The notes below the pieces were generated by a model that searched no databases, was not told the DNA's origin, and was given only the letters and a program-made list of their open reading frames with translations. A stretch of DNA of 64,000 nucleotides from Bacillota bacterium (lineage in GTDB: Bacteria; Bacillota; Sulfobacillia; DUSP01; JBFMCS01), in contig JBFMCS010000049.1 in NCBI GenBank assembly GCA_040754315.1, forward strand, positions 8,347-72,346. Direction: 5' to 3'. Positions 29,154 through 39,728 of this stretch are shown piece after piece (position 1 is the first letter of the stretch; each line of letters starts with the position of its first letter). Both the position numbers and the translations under genes were made by a program.

Positions 29154-29736
29154 CGGGGTATCCACCGGTTCTCTGGGCATTGTTGCTAGGCCCCCATGAC
29201 CAACCCGGAAAACCCTTCCCCCGCTGACAGCCAAAACCCGTTGCCCCGGCGAATCCAGGCACTGCAATTCCCTGTCACCTGGACACTGTGTCACCGCTGG
29301 CCTCCAGATACCATGACAAGCCAAGCCCGGTCCCCTCAGAGCCAGGCCTCCCTCCACGTTCCGGTTGGGTTCCACTGGCCAGGCCATGTTCACCGGGTCG
29401 CCAACCCGGGAGAGAAATCTCCTGTAGCCGCAAGGGTTTCGGGAGATTTTACCCCTTGTTATCTGTTAAACTCAAGTTCTAACACGCTATCGGGTGGCAA
29501 TTTCCGATTGCACAGCCGCCTAGGGGGCGCCCTGCCTGTTGTTGAGCATCACCCTCAGCGTGTTCAGCATAGAATCCCGTCAAATGCGCCCATTGCGCGG
29601 AGGAAAAGTCGTGACGATTTGAGCCGTCCCTGCCGGCCAAGCTCTTTTACTGAAAAACGCATCGAATGAAATGGATTAAATCGTACACAATGGTACAATA
29701 AAGGCAAACACAACGCAAGCGAAAGGAGTGAATGAC

Positions 29737-29970
29737 ATGCGTGTGTCAGCAACCGAACTCAAGGTGAACATGAGCAAGTATATCGACCGCGCCGCCGTTG
29801 AGGACATCATCATCACCCGCAACGGAAAGGATGTAGCGCTTCTCACAAACGTCGAGGGCAAAAAGAAAGACGCGCTCAAATCCCTGCGCGGCATCATAAA
29901 GGGTGCCGAACTCACCCGCGACGAAATCCGCGAGGAAAGGTTGGGCAGGTACAGTGAAAATTCTTATTGA
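29737..29970 (+). CDS. Type II antitoxin, Phd/YefM-like
   Basis: About 78 aa. N-terminal MRVSATELKVNMSKYIDR resembles the Phd fold. Overlaps the downstream PIN toxin. Low-GC region. Confidence 0.65.
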   Translation: MRVSATELKVNMSKYIDRAAVEDIIITRNGKDVALLTNVEGKKKDALKSLRGIIKGAELTRDEIREERLGRYSENSY

Positions 29971-30364
29971 CACCAACGTCATCATTGATTACCTTGCCGA
30001 CCGGGCACCCTTCGCGGATCATTCCGAACAGGTGCTGGCTCTCTGCGAGAGGGGAGAGGTCGACGGTTTGGTTACGGCCAACGCCATTACCGACATCTAC
30101 TATGTGGTGCGCAAAGTGGCCGGGAGAGAAAAAACACTGGAAGCTATCCAGACGCTCTGTTCCATCTTGGATATTGCGGTCGTAGGGAAAGCCGATATCC
30201 TGAACGCGATGGAACTCGATATGCCCGATTATGAGGATGCTCTGGCCGCACAGTGTGCAAAGCGCATTAAGGCTGACTGCATCGTCACGCGCGATGTCAC
30301 CGGCTACGCCAACTCGCCGGTTCCAGCAAAAGAACCTGTCACCTTCCTAAGACAGTTTGAATAA
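29954..30364 (+). CDS. vapC: PIN-domain toxin (VapC-like)
   Basis: ILIDTNV ... TDIYY ... DYEDA ... TRD acidic quartet. GTG start overlapping the antitoxin by 17 nt. Confidence 0.7.
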   Translation: MKILIDTNVIIDYLADRAPFADHSEQVLALCERGEVDGLVTANAITDIYYVVRKVAGREKTLEAIQTLCSILDIAVVGKADILNAMELDMPDYEDALAAQCAKRIKADCIVTRDVTGYANSPVPAKEPVTFLRQFE

Positions 30365-30478
30365 CAAGTAACACCGACGCAAGGCGGCTTTTTTTATCCC
30401 TAGCCGATCTTAATCCCCCTAAAGGGCATAGGAATGGGCCCGAAGGGGCCCGTTTACAGGCATGAAGGTTTAGGAGTG

Positions 30479-31273
30479 CTAGGAATTCAGTAGACTACGG
30501 CGATAGGCGTCAATACTCTTCCACCAGCCAAGGTCCTCCAGTTGGTCCTTGATGCCTTTTCCGATATCCCCCAGCGACCACTGCCATTCACTGCGAGAAT
30601 GCTCTCCGGCCTCCAAATGGATCTCCACGAGCCGGAGTTTGTCCCAGTCCCTGAGCAGGGGGGCTACCTCCCTGTGATCCTGCCCCTTTCTGAGCTCGAG
30701 TTCGATCTTCCTCACAAGATAGTAGGTGAGGAAACAGATCAAGACATGGGCTCTTACGCGCCTTTTCTTGTAGTGGTAGATGGGCCGGATTCTGAGGTAA
30801 CTCTTGATGTTCCGGAAGGCCCGCTCCGCAAGCTGAAGTTGCATATAAGCCTCATGTACCTCCAGGGGACTGCACTCTTCCGGTGGAAGGGACGTCTGGA
30901 GCAAGTACTTACCCTCAAGGGACTCACGCAAGGCCACAGCCTTTTCGTCCACCTCAAACGACAGTTCAAAGAGCGCTTTGTCTTCGGGGGGATCCACAGG
31001 TTCAAGGGGACTGATTCTCACTTTGTAAAGCCCCGTCACCTCAGAGTCCTTCAAGAGGTTGTTTACCTTTTCCCTTAGACGTACCCATGAGTAGTACCTG
31101 CCCTTTGGGGCCGTCTGGGAAAGATGGCCAAGCTCCTCCTCGACTTCCTTCATGCTCTCCAGGGTGTGGATGAACTGATCTCCACGTGATGCCTGCCACC
31201 GGGCCTGGGGAGAGGGATGATCCGCAGGCTCTTTCCCCACATGCCCGAGCGTACATGGCGGGCATCCTTCCAT
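30479..31273 (-). pseudogene. IS4/IS1634-type DDE transposase, C-terminal fragment (N-terminus missing)
   Basis: C-terminal Y-x2-R-x3-E-x6-K signature (YMQLQLAERAFRNIKSYLRIRPIYH). No N-terminal DDE region follows upstream. Confidence 0.6.
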
Positions 31274-31289
31274 TCTCCGGCCCTAGCAG

Positions 31290-31740
31290 GTGCACGTGAT
31301 CGCCAGCCATGCCCAGCGCCACTTCCAGGTCATGACGGGAGTTCACCCTGTCCCCATCCACCGCCAGGATCACATCGGCCTGGCGGGGCGACCGCTCAAC
31401 TCCCGGCGGTTGCCCAGGTGGACCACGGCTTCGTGGCCGAGCGCCGAAAGGAGCACTGCCCCCCACTGGAGAACCGACTCCGTGAGGAGGCCACCGCCAA
31501 GCCCAAGAGCACGGACTTAAACGGCGAGATTGACCGCGCTCTTCAGGCATTTCCCTTCCTGGCAGTGTTACAGCCAGGTTACCGTATCCCAGGGCCGCGA
31601 CGACAGGAAAGACGAAAAAGGCGAGGCCGGGGGCAGCCAGGGGCACAACGGGGTGTGGCGCTATCAGGGGCCACCAGTCCGGCACCGGTATGGCACCTCC
31701 CGCCTCGGGCATGGTCCCCAGGATCAGCACAGTCAAGGGT
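31290..31740 (-). pseudogene. Remnant of a PDZ-domain (protease-like) gene, disrupted
   Basis: Minus-strand segment DVILAVDGDRVNSRHDLEVAL is PDZ-like. No intact gene is present; it abuts the transposase fragment. Confidence 0.3.
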
Positions 31741-31925
31741 ATGGGCTAGAAACGCTGCAGGGAAAACCCGTATACCACCTGCCCTGCCTTGTTTCGCACA
31801 TACAACGGGGTATTGCACGAAATCCTTCCAGAGGGGTCAAACGGCCTGGGCATGAGCCGCGGCGCGTTTTCTGCGTCGTCGGCTCCATGCCCTTGTTAGC
31901 CAGCTCCCGGTGCGCTTTCGCCGCA

Positions 31926-32513
31926 TTAACGACGAAACGTATACGTATAAGAGTTCAACTCCTCTTTAACACGCCTGTAATTATCTTGCAGGCCCGGCGA
32001 AGTCGATAACTGATCCAAATAACCAGCCGTGGCGGTTCTCAAATCTTCAATTAGGTACATCAAGGCCAGGTTCAATGTTTTGAACTCGCCGGCATCCTCA
32101 AGGGTGAAATGCTGGTCACGAGGCAAATGATCACGCCAATGGAGCAGCCACCGATAGGTTTTGCGAGTAACCTGATCAACGAGATATCGTGGCTGACTGG
32201 TACGCATCAGTTTGTGACGCCATACTTGGATGGCAAGGCTGTTTGCCTCGGTATTACGGCGGACGAAGGTGTCTAGGAACTCCGTCATTCGATCTGTCTG
32301 TCCCGTTGAAGATGCGTTTCCCTTCCAATATGCTGATAGGATGTCAAACCGTGCGAAGACAGCCATCATTAAGCCATAAAGGGTCTCTGGGAATCCATGC
32401 AGGGCCCCACTCCAGTTGGGCAGCACGAGCGTCGTGTAGATCTGAGACACCTCACGTTCAAGCGCGTCAACTCTGTCCATTTGGTGTTTTTGCTCTTGGT
32501 TGAGGTCAAACAT
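31926..32513 (-). CDS. Hypothetical protein (195 aa, orphan, low-GC)
   Basis: Uninterrupted ORF in AT-rich DNA. No family recognised. Confidence 0.45.
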   Translation of the reverse strand: MFDLNQEQKHQMDRVDALEREVSQIYTTLVLPNWSGALHGFPETLYGLMMAVFARFDILSAYWKGNASSTGQTDRMTEFLDTFVRRNTEANSLAIQVWRHKLMRTSQPRYLVDQVTRKTYRWLLHWRDHLPRDQHFTLEDAGEFKTLNLALMYLIEDLRTATAGYLDQLSTSPGLQDNYRRVKEELNSYTYTFRR

Positions 32514-32580
32514 TGTCGGTCACCACTGAGCGGCCTCGCCAGCGCACGAAAGCCACGATCAGCCCTCCTCATTTGGGGTA

Positions 32581-32598
32581 CTTGACACTTGTGTCAAG
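32581..32598. promoter_or_regulatory. Perfect 18-bp palindrome CTTGACACTTGTGTCAAG upstream of the orphan gene
   Basis: Self-complementary sequence carrying TTGACA on both strands, about 70 nt upstream of the 31926..32513 start. Confidence 0.4.
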
Positions 32599-33209
32599 TC
32601 TCGAGCTCAATAACACAAGATTATCGGAGCGTGTCTCACGAAGATCTGCCATGCGGGCGGATTTCCATGTTTGGCTGAAAATGAATATTGAAGGTTTATC
32701 TGTGATGGCAGCCGTATTGGTATGTGTGATTGGTTAACCAGTTTCTACCACCTCAGCAACCTGTCCTTCTGAAAGAAATGCTATTTCTATCCATGGATCC
32801 AGTCATTACTACCATCTACTGGGGCTTAACCGAATACCCATGAACCAGATCTTAACTGCCCCAAGCAAACCCCCTGCACTATGGCCCTGGTTGGGCTTTT
32901 TTCATCTCCCCGAAGGGGGGAAGTTGGGCTAGGGCTTGAGCGCAGGGTTCACCAGGATAACCCCCAGAACTCGTCAAGGACACCACTCGAGTCATCACCG
33001 GCCGGGCTCCGGGCGATTAACGCCCAGAGGGCGGCAAGGGAGACCTCCTTCCCCGGCCCCGAACCGGGAAGGGCGTCCCCCCTAAAGCACTCTTCGAGGC
33101 GGAGGCCGCCCTCACCAGCGGTCTCCGCCGCTGCCAGATGCGCCTTCCAGCCATCGGGCCCCGCCGGAATCCACTCCGCATATCCGGGCTCCCCCACCCG
33201 GGAGGCCTC

Positions 33210-34568
33210 TCACCCCAGGAGCTCCCAGGCGGCCTCGCGGAATACCTCGGTATGAAAGTCCACGTCCCCCCTTGACGTCACGGGGCACATGAGAGCCATG
33301 TTGTGAAAGGGCGTAAGGAGGATCCCCCTGTTGAGAGCGTACAGGTGCATGAAGCGGTCAAGGTTGCTGTCTCGTGCGGCTGCTGCCTCCCTCCCGTTTC
33401 TCGGGATGCCGGGCTGGAACCGGTATTCCGCCCGGCACCCCAGGCGAACGACGTGCCAGGGTGCCCCCGTCTCGCGGATGACCCCTTCAACGCCCTCGGT
33501 GAACCTCTCACCAAGGGCTATCATGTGGTGAAACGCCTCCTCCGTCAGGACCTCGGAGAGGGTTGCCTTGATGGATGCTATAGAGAGGGCGTTGCCCGAG
33601 AGCGTGCCCCCTATTCCCCCGGTGTCTGACGCATCAAGGATCTCCCCCCGCCTCTTCATCACCATCGAGGCTACCTCCTCGGTGAACCCGTAGGCTGCCG
33701 CGGGAACACCCCCCGCTATGGGCTTCCCGATGGTCACGAAATCCGGGCTGAGGCCGTGGGCAGCCGTGTACCCGCCGGGGCTGGCGCAGATCGTGTGCGT
33801 TTCGTCGATCACGAGGAGCGTCCCGTAGCGCCTGGTGAGCTCCCTAAGGGCATCGTGGTACCCAGGCTCCGGGAGGATTATTCCGATGTTGGTCATCGCG
33901 GGCTCAGCGAGGACGCACGCGACATCCCTATGGGAGAGGGCCTCTTCGAGCGCGTCCGTATCATTCCACTCGATTACCCTGGTGGTAACGGCCGGGTTGA
34001 CTGGGGGCCCCACGTTACCCTCCCTCGGGACAGGGACCCCGTCTTCCAGCGTGATCAAGGCCTCATCAACTGTGCCGTGATAACACCAGTTGTATACCAG
34101 GACCTTCGGGCGATGCGTTATCTCCCTGGCCATCCTCAACACAAAGCGGTTCGCATCAGTGGCCGTGAGGGCAAATTGCCAGTATGAGACCTTGAAGCGC
34201 CTCCCAAGCTCCTCCGCCACCCATATTGCGTCCTCCACGGGCAGCATGGCTGTAATGCCCTTTTTCGCCTGTCTTGCCACGGCCTCCACCGTTGCCGGGG
34301 GGGCGTGTCCCGTCATGGCGCCAGTGTCCCCAAGGCAGAGGTCTACGTAGGTATGGCCATCCACATCAGTCACCCGGGCACCGGTGGCCTCCTTTACGAA
34401 CACCGGGTAAGCCCCTGCCCACTGTGTCATCCAAGGCATGGGCACCCCGCCAAGGAGCGAGCCCCAGGCCCTCCGGAAGAGTCTCCCTGATTCCAGATGC
34501 TCTTTCTTAAACCTTTCTTCCTCGCGGGACAGCAGCCGTTCCAGGCGCGATGGCTTCACATCCCTCAC
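33210..34568 (-). CDS. Class-III (PLP fold type I) aminotransferase
   Basis: GSA-aminomutase / omega-transaminase-like with a PLP lysine region (TIGKPIAGG). GTG start overlapping the upstream stop. Confidence 0.75.
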   Translation of the reverse strand: MRDVKPSRLERLLSREEERFKKEHLESGRLFRRAWGSLLGGVPMPWMTQWAGAYPVFVKEATGARVTDVDGHTYVDLCLGDTGAMTGHAPPATVEAVARQAKKGITAMLPVEDAIWVAEELGRRFKVSYWQFALTATDANRFVLRMAREITHRPKVLVYNWCYHGTVDEALITLEDGVPVPREGNVGPPVNPAVTTRVIEWNDTDALEEALSHRDVACVLAEPAMTNIGIILPEPGYHDALRELTRRYGTLLVIDETHTICASPGGYTAAHGLSPDFVTIGKPIAGGVPAAAYGFTEEVASMVMKRRGEILDASDTGGIGGTLSGNALSIASIKATLSEVLTEEAFHHMIALGERFTEGVEGVIRETGAPWHVVRLGCRAEYRFQPGIPRNGREAAAARDSNLDRFMHLYALNRGILLTPFHNMALMCPVTSRGDVDFHTEVFREAAWELLG

Positions 34569-34572
34569 AGCG

Positions 34573-35376
34573 TCACCTCCCTGGGTTCTTCTCCACCAGG
34601 GCCCCGTAAGTCTCGGGCCTTCGCTTGGCCAGGTAGTCCAGGCCATCCCTCGACGCCTCGTTGGCGGCCAGGTCCACCCAGGCAAACCCGACGCATTCCT
34701 CGTACCCCAGGTCTAGGATGGTGCGCCCCAGGGGGTCCCTCACGCCGCTCCTTCCAAAGAACTTGTACTCCCCTGAGGCGCCCACCGTATTGCACACCGC
34801 CGTGTGAACGTGGTTTTCCATGGCCCTCGCCCTCATGTACACCTCCTGATAAGGCTCGAAGGGTACCATGTTTGCCGTGGGACATATGAGGATCTGGGCG
34901 CCCTTCAAGGCAAGGGTGCGCGCCACCTCCGGGAACTCCGAATCGAAGCAGATGAGAACGCCTACCCTGCCTACATCGAGGTCGAAAACGGGGTAGTCCC
35001 CGCCGGGCTCCACGTAAAGGCCCTCCTTCCCGAAAAGGTGTACCTTCCGGTACACGTGAGCTTTCCCGGTTGACCTCTCAACCACGGCTGCGGAGTTGTA
35101 CATCTTCCCGCCGGCCCCACGTTCGGCAAAGCCGAATACAAGGTTGATCCCCTCTTTCACCGCCAAGTCACCCATCGCCCGGACAAGGGGACCCTCCGGC
35201 GGTTCGGCCGTCCCGGCGAGGGCCTCCATGTCAAGGCCCTGGAGAAACATCTCCGGGAATACGAGGAGGCTCACCCCTGATACGCCGGCGGTCTTAGCCG
35301 CCTCCCCAGCCGCGGCCAGGTTCTTCTTAGGATCAGGGGACAATCTCAACTGGGCGAGTCCTATCTTAAACCTCAC
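34573..35376 (-). CDS. Carbon-nitrogen hydrolase family protein (nitrilase/amidase superfamily)
   Basis: E-K-C triad context (LLVFPEMF ... GVLICFD). Confidence 0.75.
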   Translation of the reverse strand: MRFKIGLAQLRLSPDPKKNLAAAGEAAKTAGVSGVSLLVFPEMFLQGLDMEALAGTAEPPEGPLVRAMGDLAVKEGINLVFGFAERGAGGKMYNSAAVVERSTGKAHVYRKVHLFGKEGLYVEPGGDYPVFDLDVGRVGVLICFDSEFPEVARTLALKGAQILICPTANMVPFEPYQEVYMRARAMENHVHTAVCNTVGASGEYKFFGRSGVRDPLGRTILDLGYEECVGFAWVDLAANEASRDGLDYLAKRRPETYGALVEKNPGR

Positions 35377-35415
35377 GGCAAAACCCTCCCCGGCACCGGC
35401 TTGGCGAAGGACCCC

Positions 35416-36258
35416 CTATTCGAGGAGCCTCCCGTAGGTGCTTGTCCTCCGGTCCCTGAAGTATGGCCACCACCTGCGTGCCTTCCTCACGCATTCCAGG
35501 TCTATCTCACCCATAACCACTTCGTCCCCATCCCGGGAGGACAGCACCGTCACCTCACCGAGGGGGTTTGCAAAGAAACTCCCCCCGAAGAACCGGATAT
35601 CTCCTTCCTGTCCCACCCGGTTGAGGACGCCCACCCAGAGAAGATTCATGCAGGCCTGAGCCCTGTTTGCCAGCGTCCACATCTCCTTGACACGTTCCCC
35701 GGGAACCTCGGGGTGGCTTGGGCCGCCGCCGATCGCCGAGGGGAAGAACACCATCTCCGCACCGTTCAGGGCAAGGCTCCTCCCGGTCTCCGGAAACCAC
35801 TGGTCCCAGCATATGCCAACCCCTATCCGGCCAAGGCGCGTCCGGAACACAGGGTACCCAAGGTCACCCGGCTTGAAGTAGAACTTCTCGCAGTAGCCTG
35901 GCTCGTCCGGTATGTGGTTCTTCCTGTAGAGCCCAAGGAGGCTCCCGGATTCGATGACAGCAGCAGTGTTGTAGAACAGCCCTTCCATGACCTTCTCAAA
36001 GAAGGGCACGATCAGCGTCACCCTCCGGCTTTGAGAAATGTCCTGCATGGTGCTTACGGTGGGGCCCGTAACAGGCTCTGCCATGTCGAAGGACTCGTGC
36101 TTCATCTCCTGCGGGAAATAGCGGCTGGAGAACACCTCCTGGAGACAGATGACCTCAGCCGAGCCCCCCACCGCATCGTCAATGAGAGAGGCCGCCTTGT
36201 CGACGTTGTGCTTTCTGGAGCCGGAACAGGCCATCTGAATCAAGGCAGCCCTGAACAA
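35416..36258 (-). CDS. Carbon-nitrogen hydrolase, N-carbamoylputrescine amidase (AguB)-like
   Basis: HIPDEPGYCEKFYFKPGD motif characteristic of AguB / beta-ureidopropionase-like amidases. GVGICWDQWFPE catalytic Cys. Confidence 0.7.
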   Translation of the reverse strand: MFRAALIQMACSGSRKHNVDKAASLIDDAVGGSAEVICLQEVFSSRYFPQEMKHESFDMAEPVTGPTVSTMQDISQSRRVTLIVPFFEKVMEGLFYNTAAVIESGSLLGLYRKNHIPDEPGYCEKFYFKPGDLGYPVFRTRLGRIGVGICWDQWFPETGRSLALNGAEMVFFPSAIGGGPSHPEVPGERVKEMWTLANRAQACMNLLWVGVLNRVGQEGDIRFFGGSFFANPLGEVTVLSSRDGDEVVMGEIDLECVRKARRWWPYFRDRRTSTYGRLLE

Positions 36259-36289
36259 TGTCTCTCACCCCCTACGGGAAGGCGTACCC

Positions 36290-36397
36290 CTATCGTTTCG
36301 ACTGCCGCCCGAGAAGCCTGTTGGCCGAGACCACAGCCACCACGATAGCCGTAAAGAAGCCGATGGAAAGAACCACCTGTACAGCAGTTTCCGACAT
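36290..36397 (-). CDS. Putative 35-38 aa single-TM membrane peptide between the hydrolase genes
   Basis: My own translation: M(TG)MSETAVQVVLSIGFFTAIVVAVVSANRLLGRQSKR. GAAAGGGG SD upstream. Not in the supplied track, which lists only ORFs of 60 aa or more. Confidence 0.35.
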   Translation of the reverse strand: MSETAVQVVLSIGFFTAIVVAVVSANRLLGRQSKR

Positions 36398-36414
36398 ACC
36401 TGTCATCCCCTTTC

Positions 36415-37953
36415 TCAGAGGCTGTATCTTTCAACGCCTCTTGCGAATGTCCTGAGCACCTTAATGGAATCTATGGCCTTTGGGTGGACTGACCTCGGGT
36501 CCAGATCCAGTACCACCAGGTCCGCCTGCTTTCCCGTCTCCATGGAGCCTTTCTGGATTTCCTCAAACCCAAACCTCGAGGCCTCAACGGTGTAGAGCCT
36601 CATCGCATCGTATACGGTGAGCGACTCCGTGGGAAGACTCCTGTGATTAACCGCCGACTGGATGTCAAAGAGCGGGTTAATGGGTGAGACGAATGCGTCT
36701 GAACCACCGGCCAAGCGGATCCCCGCCCTAAGCATCGTATTGTACAGGTGCACGCGGTTCATCGTCTCCGCCCCCAAGTGCTCCTCGTACTTGGACCCGA
36801 AGGTCCTCAGGTGGCTAGGTTGCATGGCAACGTGCACACCCAGCCGTGCGATCCTCCGGATCTGCTCGTGGGTGATGACCTCTGCATGTTCGATCCTGTG
36901 GCGGTGATCATAGCGCGGGCATTCCCTTAGCGCTCTCTCGTACGCCCTGAGAACCTGTTCCACAGCCCGGTCGCCGTCACAGTGTATGGCAATCTGGAGC
37001 CCCGCCCTGTGAGCCTTCGTGACGAAGTGTTCCATTTCCTCATCAGAGTAGTATAGGGAACCGTGTGTCCCGTCCGTGTAGGGGCTGGAAACCGCAGCCG
37101 TGTATGCCTCTATGGAGCCGTCCGCAGTGAGGCACCCCCCGATCCGCCCGAGCCCCCTTTCTAGAACCCTGTCAACATCCGTTGTCTGGTCCCAGAGGAT
37201 AAGGTCAATCTCACACGCGTCCTTGTTCTTGTATATGAAGTCTGAGTCAATATCCCCGAAGAAACCTCCGCCCTCAAGGGCATGAACGGTGGTTACCCCC
37301 TGCCGCAGGCACTCCTTCACAGCCAGGGAGACAGATTCCTCTCGCTGCTCCTCACTCACAAGTCTCGCGTTGGCCACCCTCGAAAAGGTGTGGTTAGCCT
37401 CGGCCCTCAGGACCCCGCTGAATTCCCCGGCTTCGTTCCTCCCGATACCCGGGGTGGAGGGATCAAGGTCCAGCCAGCGAAATGTGGCGCCGTTCGTCAG
37501 AGACAGGTGGCCGCTAAGCTGGGTTATCTTGAGAAGCCGCCCGGGTGCTGCCTGGTCAAGCTGCTCCTGCGTGGGGAACCCCTTTTCTTCCAGGTTCATC
37601 TCATCAAAGTACGCCATTATGAAGTTGCCCCTGAATTCGCGCGCCTCACGCGCCAGCTTTTCTAGAAGTCCCGGTATCGAGTCCGCGTTCACCAGATCGA
37701 TCGAAAGCATCTGGAGACCTGTTTGCACCAGGTGCACGTGGGTGTCTATGAAGCCTGGGAGGACCACGGCGCCCTCCAAGTCAATCACCCGCGTGCCCAG
37801 CCCCTGAAGCCCCTCAAGTTCATCGCGGGATCCCACCGCCTGGATGAGGCCATCCTTGACAGCAACGGCGTCACCGCGATCAGAGAACGGATCCTGGGCG
37901 AACGTGACTAGCCGGGCATTCGTCAATAGGAGGTCACTCTTTCCATCAGGCAT
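36415..37953 (-). CDS. Metal-dependent amidohydrolase (Amidohydro_3 / YtcJ-like)
   Basis: PGFIDTHVHL metal-binding start and a long amidohydrolase body. Confidence 0.75.
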   Translation of the reverse strand: MPDGKSDLLLTNARLVTFAQDPFSDRGDAVAVKDGLIQAVGSRDELEGLQGLGTRVIDLEGAVVLPGFIDTHVHLVQTGLQMLSIDLVNADSIPGLLEKLAREAREFRGNFIMAYFDEMNLEEKGFPTQEQLDQAAPGRLLKITQLSGHLSLTNGATFRWLDLDPSTPGIGRNEAGEFSGVLRAEANHTFSRVANARLVSEEQREESVSLAVKECLRQGVTTVHALEGGGFFGDIDSDFIYKNKDACEIDLILWDQTTDVDRVLERGLGRIGGCLTADGSIEAYTAAVSSPYTDGTHGSLYYSDEEMEHFVTKAHRAGLQIAIHCDGDRAVEQVLRAYERALRECPRYDHRHRIEHAEVITHEQIRRIARLGVHVAMQPSHLRTFGSKYEEHLGAETMNRVHLYNTMLRAGIRLAGGSDAFVSPINPLFDIQSAVNHRSLPTESLTVYDAMRLYTVEASRFGFEEIQKGSMETGKQADLVVLDLDPRSVHPKAIDSIKVLRTFARGVERYSL

Positions 37954-39460
37954 TTTGTACCTCCAGGCCGGGCTCAGACAGTATATCCGCATCCTTCATG
38001 GTCATTGTCGCAAAGACCTCATCGATGTCCTTGGGCGCTGGGAAGGCCAGCGCGAGGATGAGGTACACGGCGAAGTTCACTATCAATCCGAGAAGACCCG
38101 CCTGCAGCCCGGCGAACTGCGGGATATAAAATGGGGCTGTGAAGGAGTAGTACCCCGTAACGGCGAGCCCCGAAAGGAGCCCGCCCCAGGCAGCCACGGC
38201 GGTTCCCCGTTTCCAGAATATGCCCAGTATCAAGAGGGGGAAGATCTGTATGATCCCCTGGTACATTACCATCACAAGCTCAATGATGGTTGGCAAGGGA
38301 AGCGTTGCAACTATCACGCCGAGGCAGCCAACGATGAAGTTCATGATTAGCACCAGGCGGCCGAGCCTCCGGCTGTCCCAGGAAGGGAGGGCAAGGCTGA
38401 ACACGTCGTTTACCACGACGGAGCCCCAGGAACTCACCATTGAATCACACATTGAAAGTGCACCGTTTAGTATTAACACAGAAATGATAGCGATCGCCGC
38501 CGGGCCCATCGCTGAGATGATCTTTAGAAAAGAGTACTGGTGGTCATCCCCCAGCACCTCCTCGGGAAATGTGCCGAACCCAACTGCAAGCCAGATGATG
38601 AGGAGGCCGTACACAACCACGATAAAGGGCGTAACGAGGCTGGTCTTTTTCAGCTCACGCGAGCTGGAGGCCGCCATTATGCGGGCGAATAGGGATGGCC
38701 AGCAGTAGGCCCCTACCGAACCGGAGATGATCAGGGACACCCAGAAGAGGGGACCTGGAAGCGGGTCCCACCCAAGGCCGGGAAGGGCCAGGCTTTCCGG
38801 CCTCTTCTCTAGTATGGTGGCAAACATCGGCAGGAAGCCGCCGAAATAGTAGTATACCCCGCAAATCACAAGCAGCACACCACCAAATATCCACATCCAT
38901 CCCTGGTAGAAGTCGGCGATTATCACCGCCCTAGCGCCCGCAAATGTCACGTACGCTATGAAGAAGGCCCCCACCAAGATAACTCCTGCGGTTACCGGTA
39001 CGACCCCACGCGTGAGGGCGTAGATCACATATCCTGTCGCCAGGAGCTCAGCGACGATCCACGGGAACTCGATTATGACCGTACAGAGTGCAACGAAAAC
39101 CCTTAGGGGCCTGGAGCGATACCTGAGTTCGAAGAACTGCCCCTGTGTCCGAACGTTGTACCTCTTCCCTACCTTCCAGTAGCGCCCGCCTATGAGGTAG
39201 AGGAAGAACAGGCCCCCGAGAGTGTAAAACGCCACGTAACTTGCCACGACACCATTGTCTATTGCCATTTGGGTGAACCCCACGTACATGACGCCGCCAT
39301 ACCACGTCCCAACAATTGTCATCGTCATGAAAAGCCACCCGAAGCTCCGCCCCGCCACGGTTACCTCATCAAGGTCGATTTTGGGGAGAGGATGAGAGTA
39401 GACCACGTAAGCCATTCCCGCGAAGTAGGTGAGAACCATAAGTATGGGGAGCCACATCAT
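37946..39460 (-). CDS. Sodium:solute symporter family (SSF) transporter
   Basis: About 500 aa with 13 TM helices. SSF-type. Confidence 0.75.
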   Translation of the reverse strand: MMWLPILMVLTYFAGMAYVVYSHPLPKIDLDEVTVAGRSFGWLFMTMTIVGTWYGGVMYVGFTQMAIDNGVVASYVAFYTLGGLFFLYLIGGRYWKVGKRYNVRTQGQFFELRYRSRPLRVFVALCTVIIEFPWIVAELLATGYVIYALTRGVVPVTAGVILVGAFFIAYVTFAGARAVIIADFYQGWMWIFGGVLLVICGVYYYFGGFLPMFATILEKRPESLALPGLGWDPLPGPLFWVSLIISGSVGAYCWPSLFARIMAASSSRELKKTSLVTPFIVVVYGLLIIWLAVGFGTFPEEVLGDDHQYSFLKIISAMGPAAIAIISVLILNGALSMCDSMVSSWGSVVVNDVFSLALPSWDSRRLGRLVLIMNFIVGCLGVIVATLPLPTIIELVMVMYQGIIQIFPLLILGIFWKRGTAVAAWGGLLSGLAVTGYYSFTAPFYIPQFAGLQAGLLGLIVNFAVYLILALAFPAPKDIDEVFATMTMKDADILSEPGLEVQNA

Positions 39461-39503
39461 GTCAGGCCCCTTCCTTCATAGATATTTGCATCCAGGGGGC
39501 ACC

Positions 39504-39728
39504 CTAGAAGTCGTTGCGGATGTTCTGAATTACAAAGGCCACTGCCAGGAGCCCTGCCAGAAGAAGTGTGATGACGAGTTCCCAGAATATGAACCTCGGC
39601 AATCCTAAGATAGTGGGTAGAGGTGAGTTGAACGGTACAGCCAGAGCCACAAGATAAAGGACCGCTATAGCCCCTATGAGGCAGCCGTAAAGGACCTCCC
39701 CCCTAAGGGACTTAAGAAACCGTGCCAT
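39504..39728 (-). CDS. Small 2-TM membrane protein (DUF3311-like, SSF-transporter-associated)
   Basis: 74 aa, directly upstream of the symporter. Confidence 0.45.
   Translation of the reverse strand: MARFLKSLRGEVLYGCLIGAIAVLYLVALAVPFNSPLPTILGLPRFIFWELVITLLLAGLLAVAFVIQNIRNDF

Noticed and set aside
29196-29669. 157-aa ORF upstream of the TA module.
   Set aside because: No SD, low-complexity translation, and it spans a GC-rich spacer; likely non-coding. Only a possible hairpin (AAATCTCC/GGAGATTT, about 29407-29447) was noted there.
31217-31855. 212-aa plus-strand ORF and 231-aa minus-strand ORF over the 31.0-31.8 kb region.
   Set aside because: They have no coherent domain. The region looks like decayed remnants (PDZ fragment, transposase tail) rather than intact genes.
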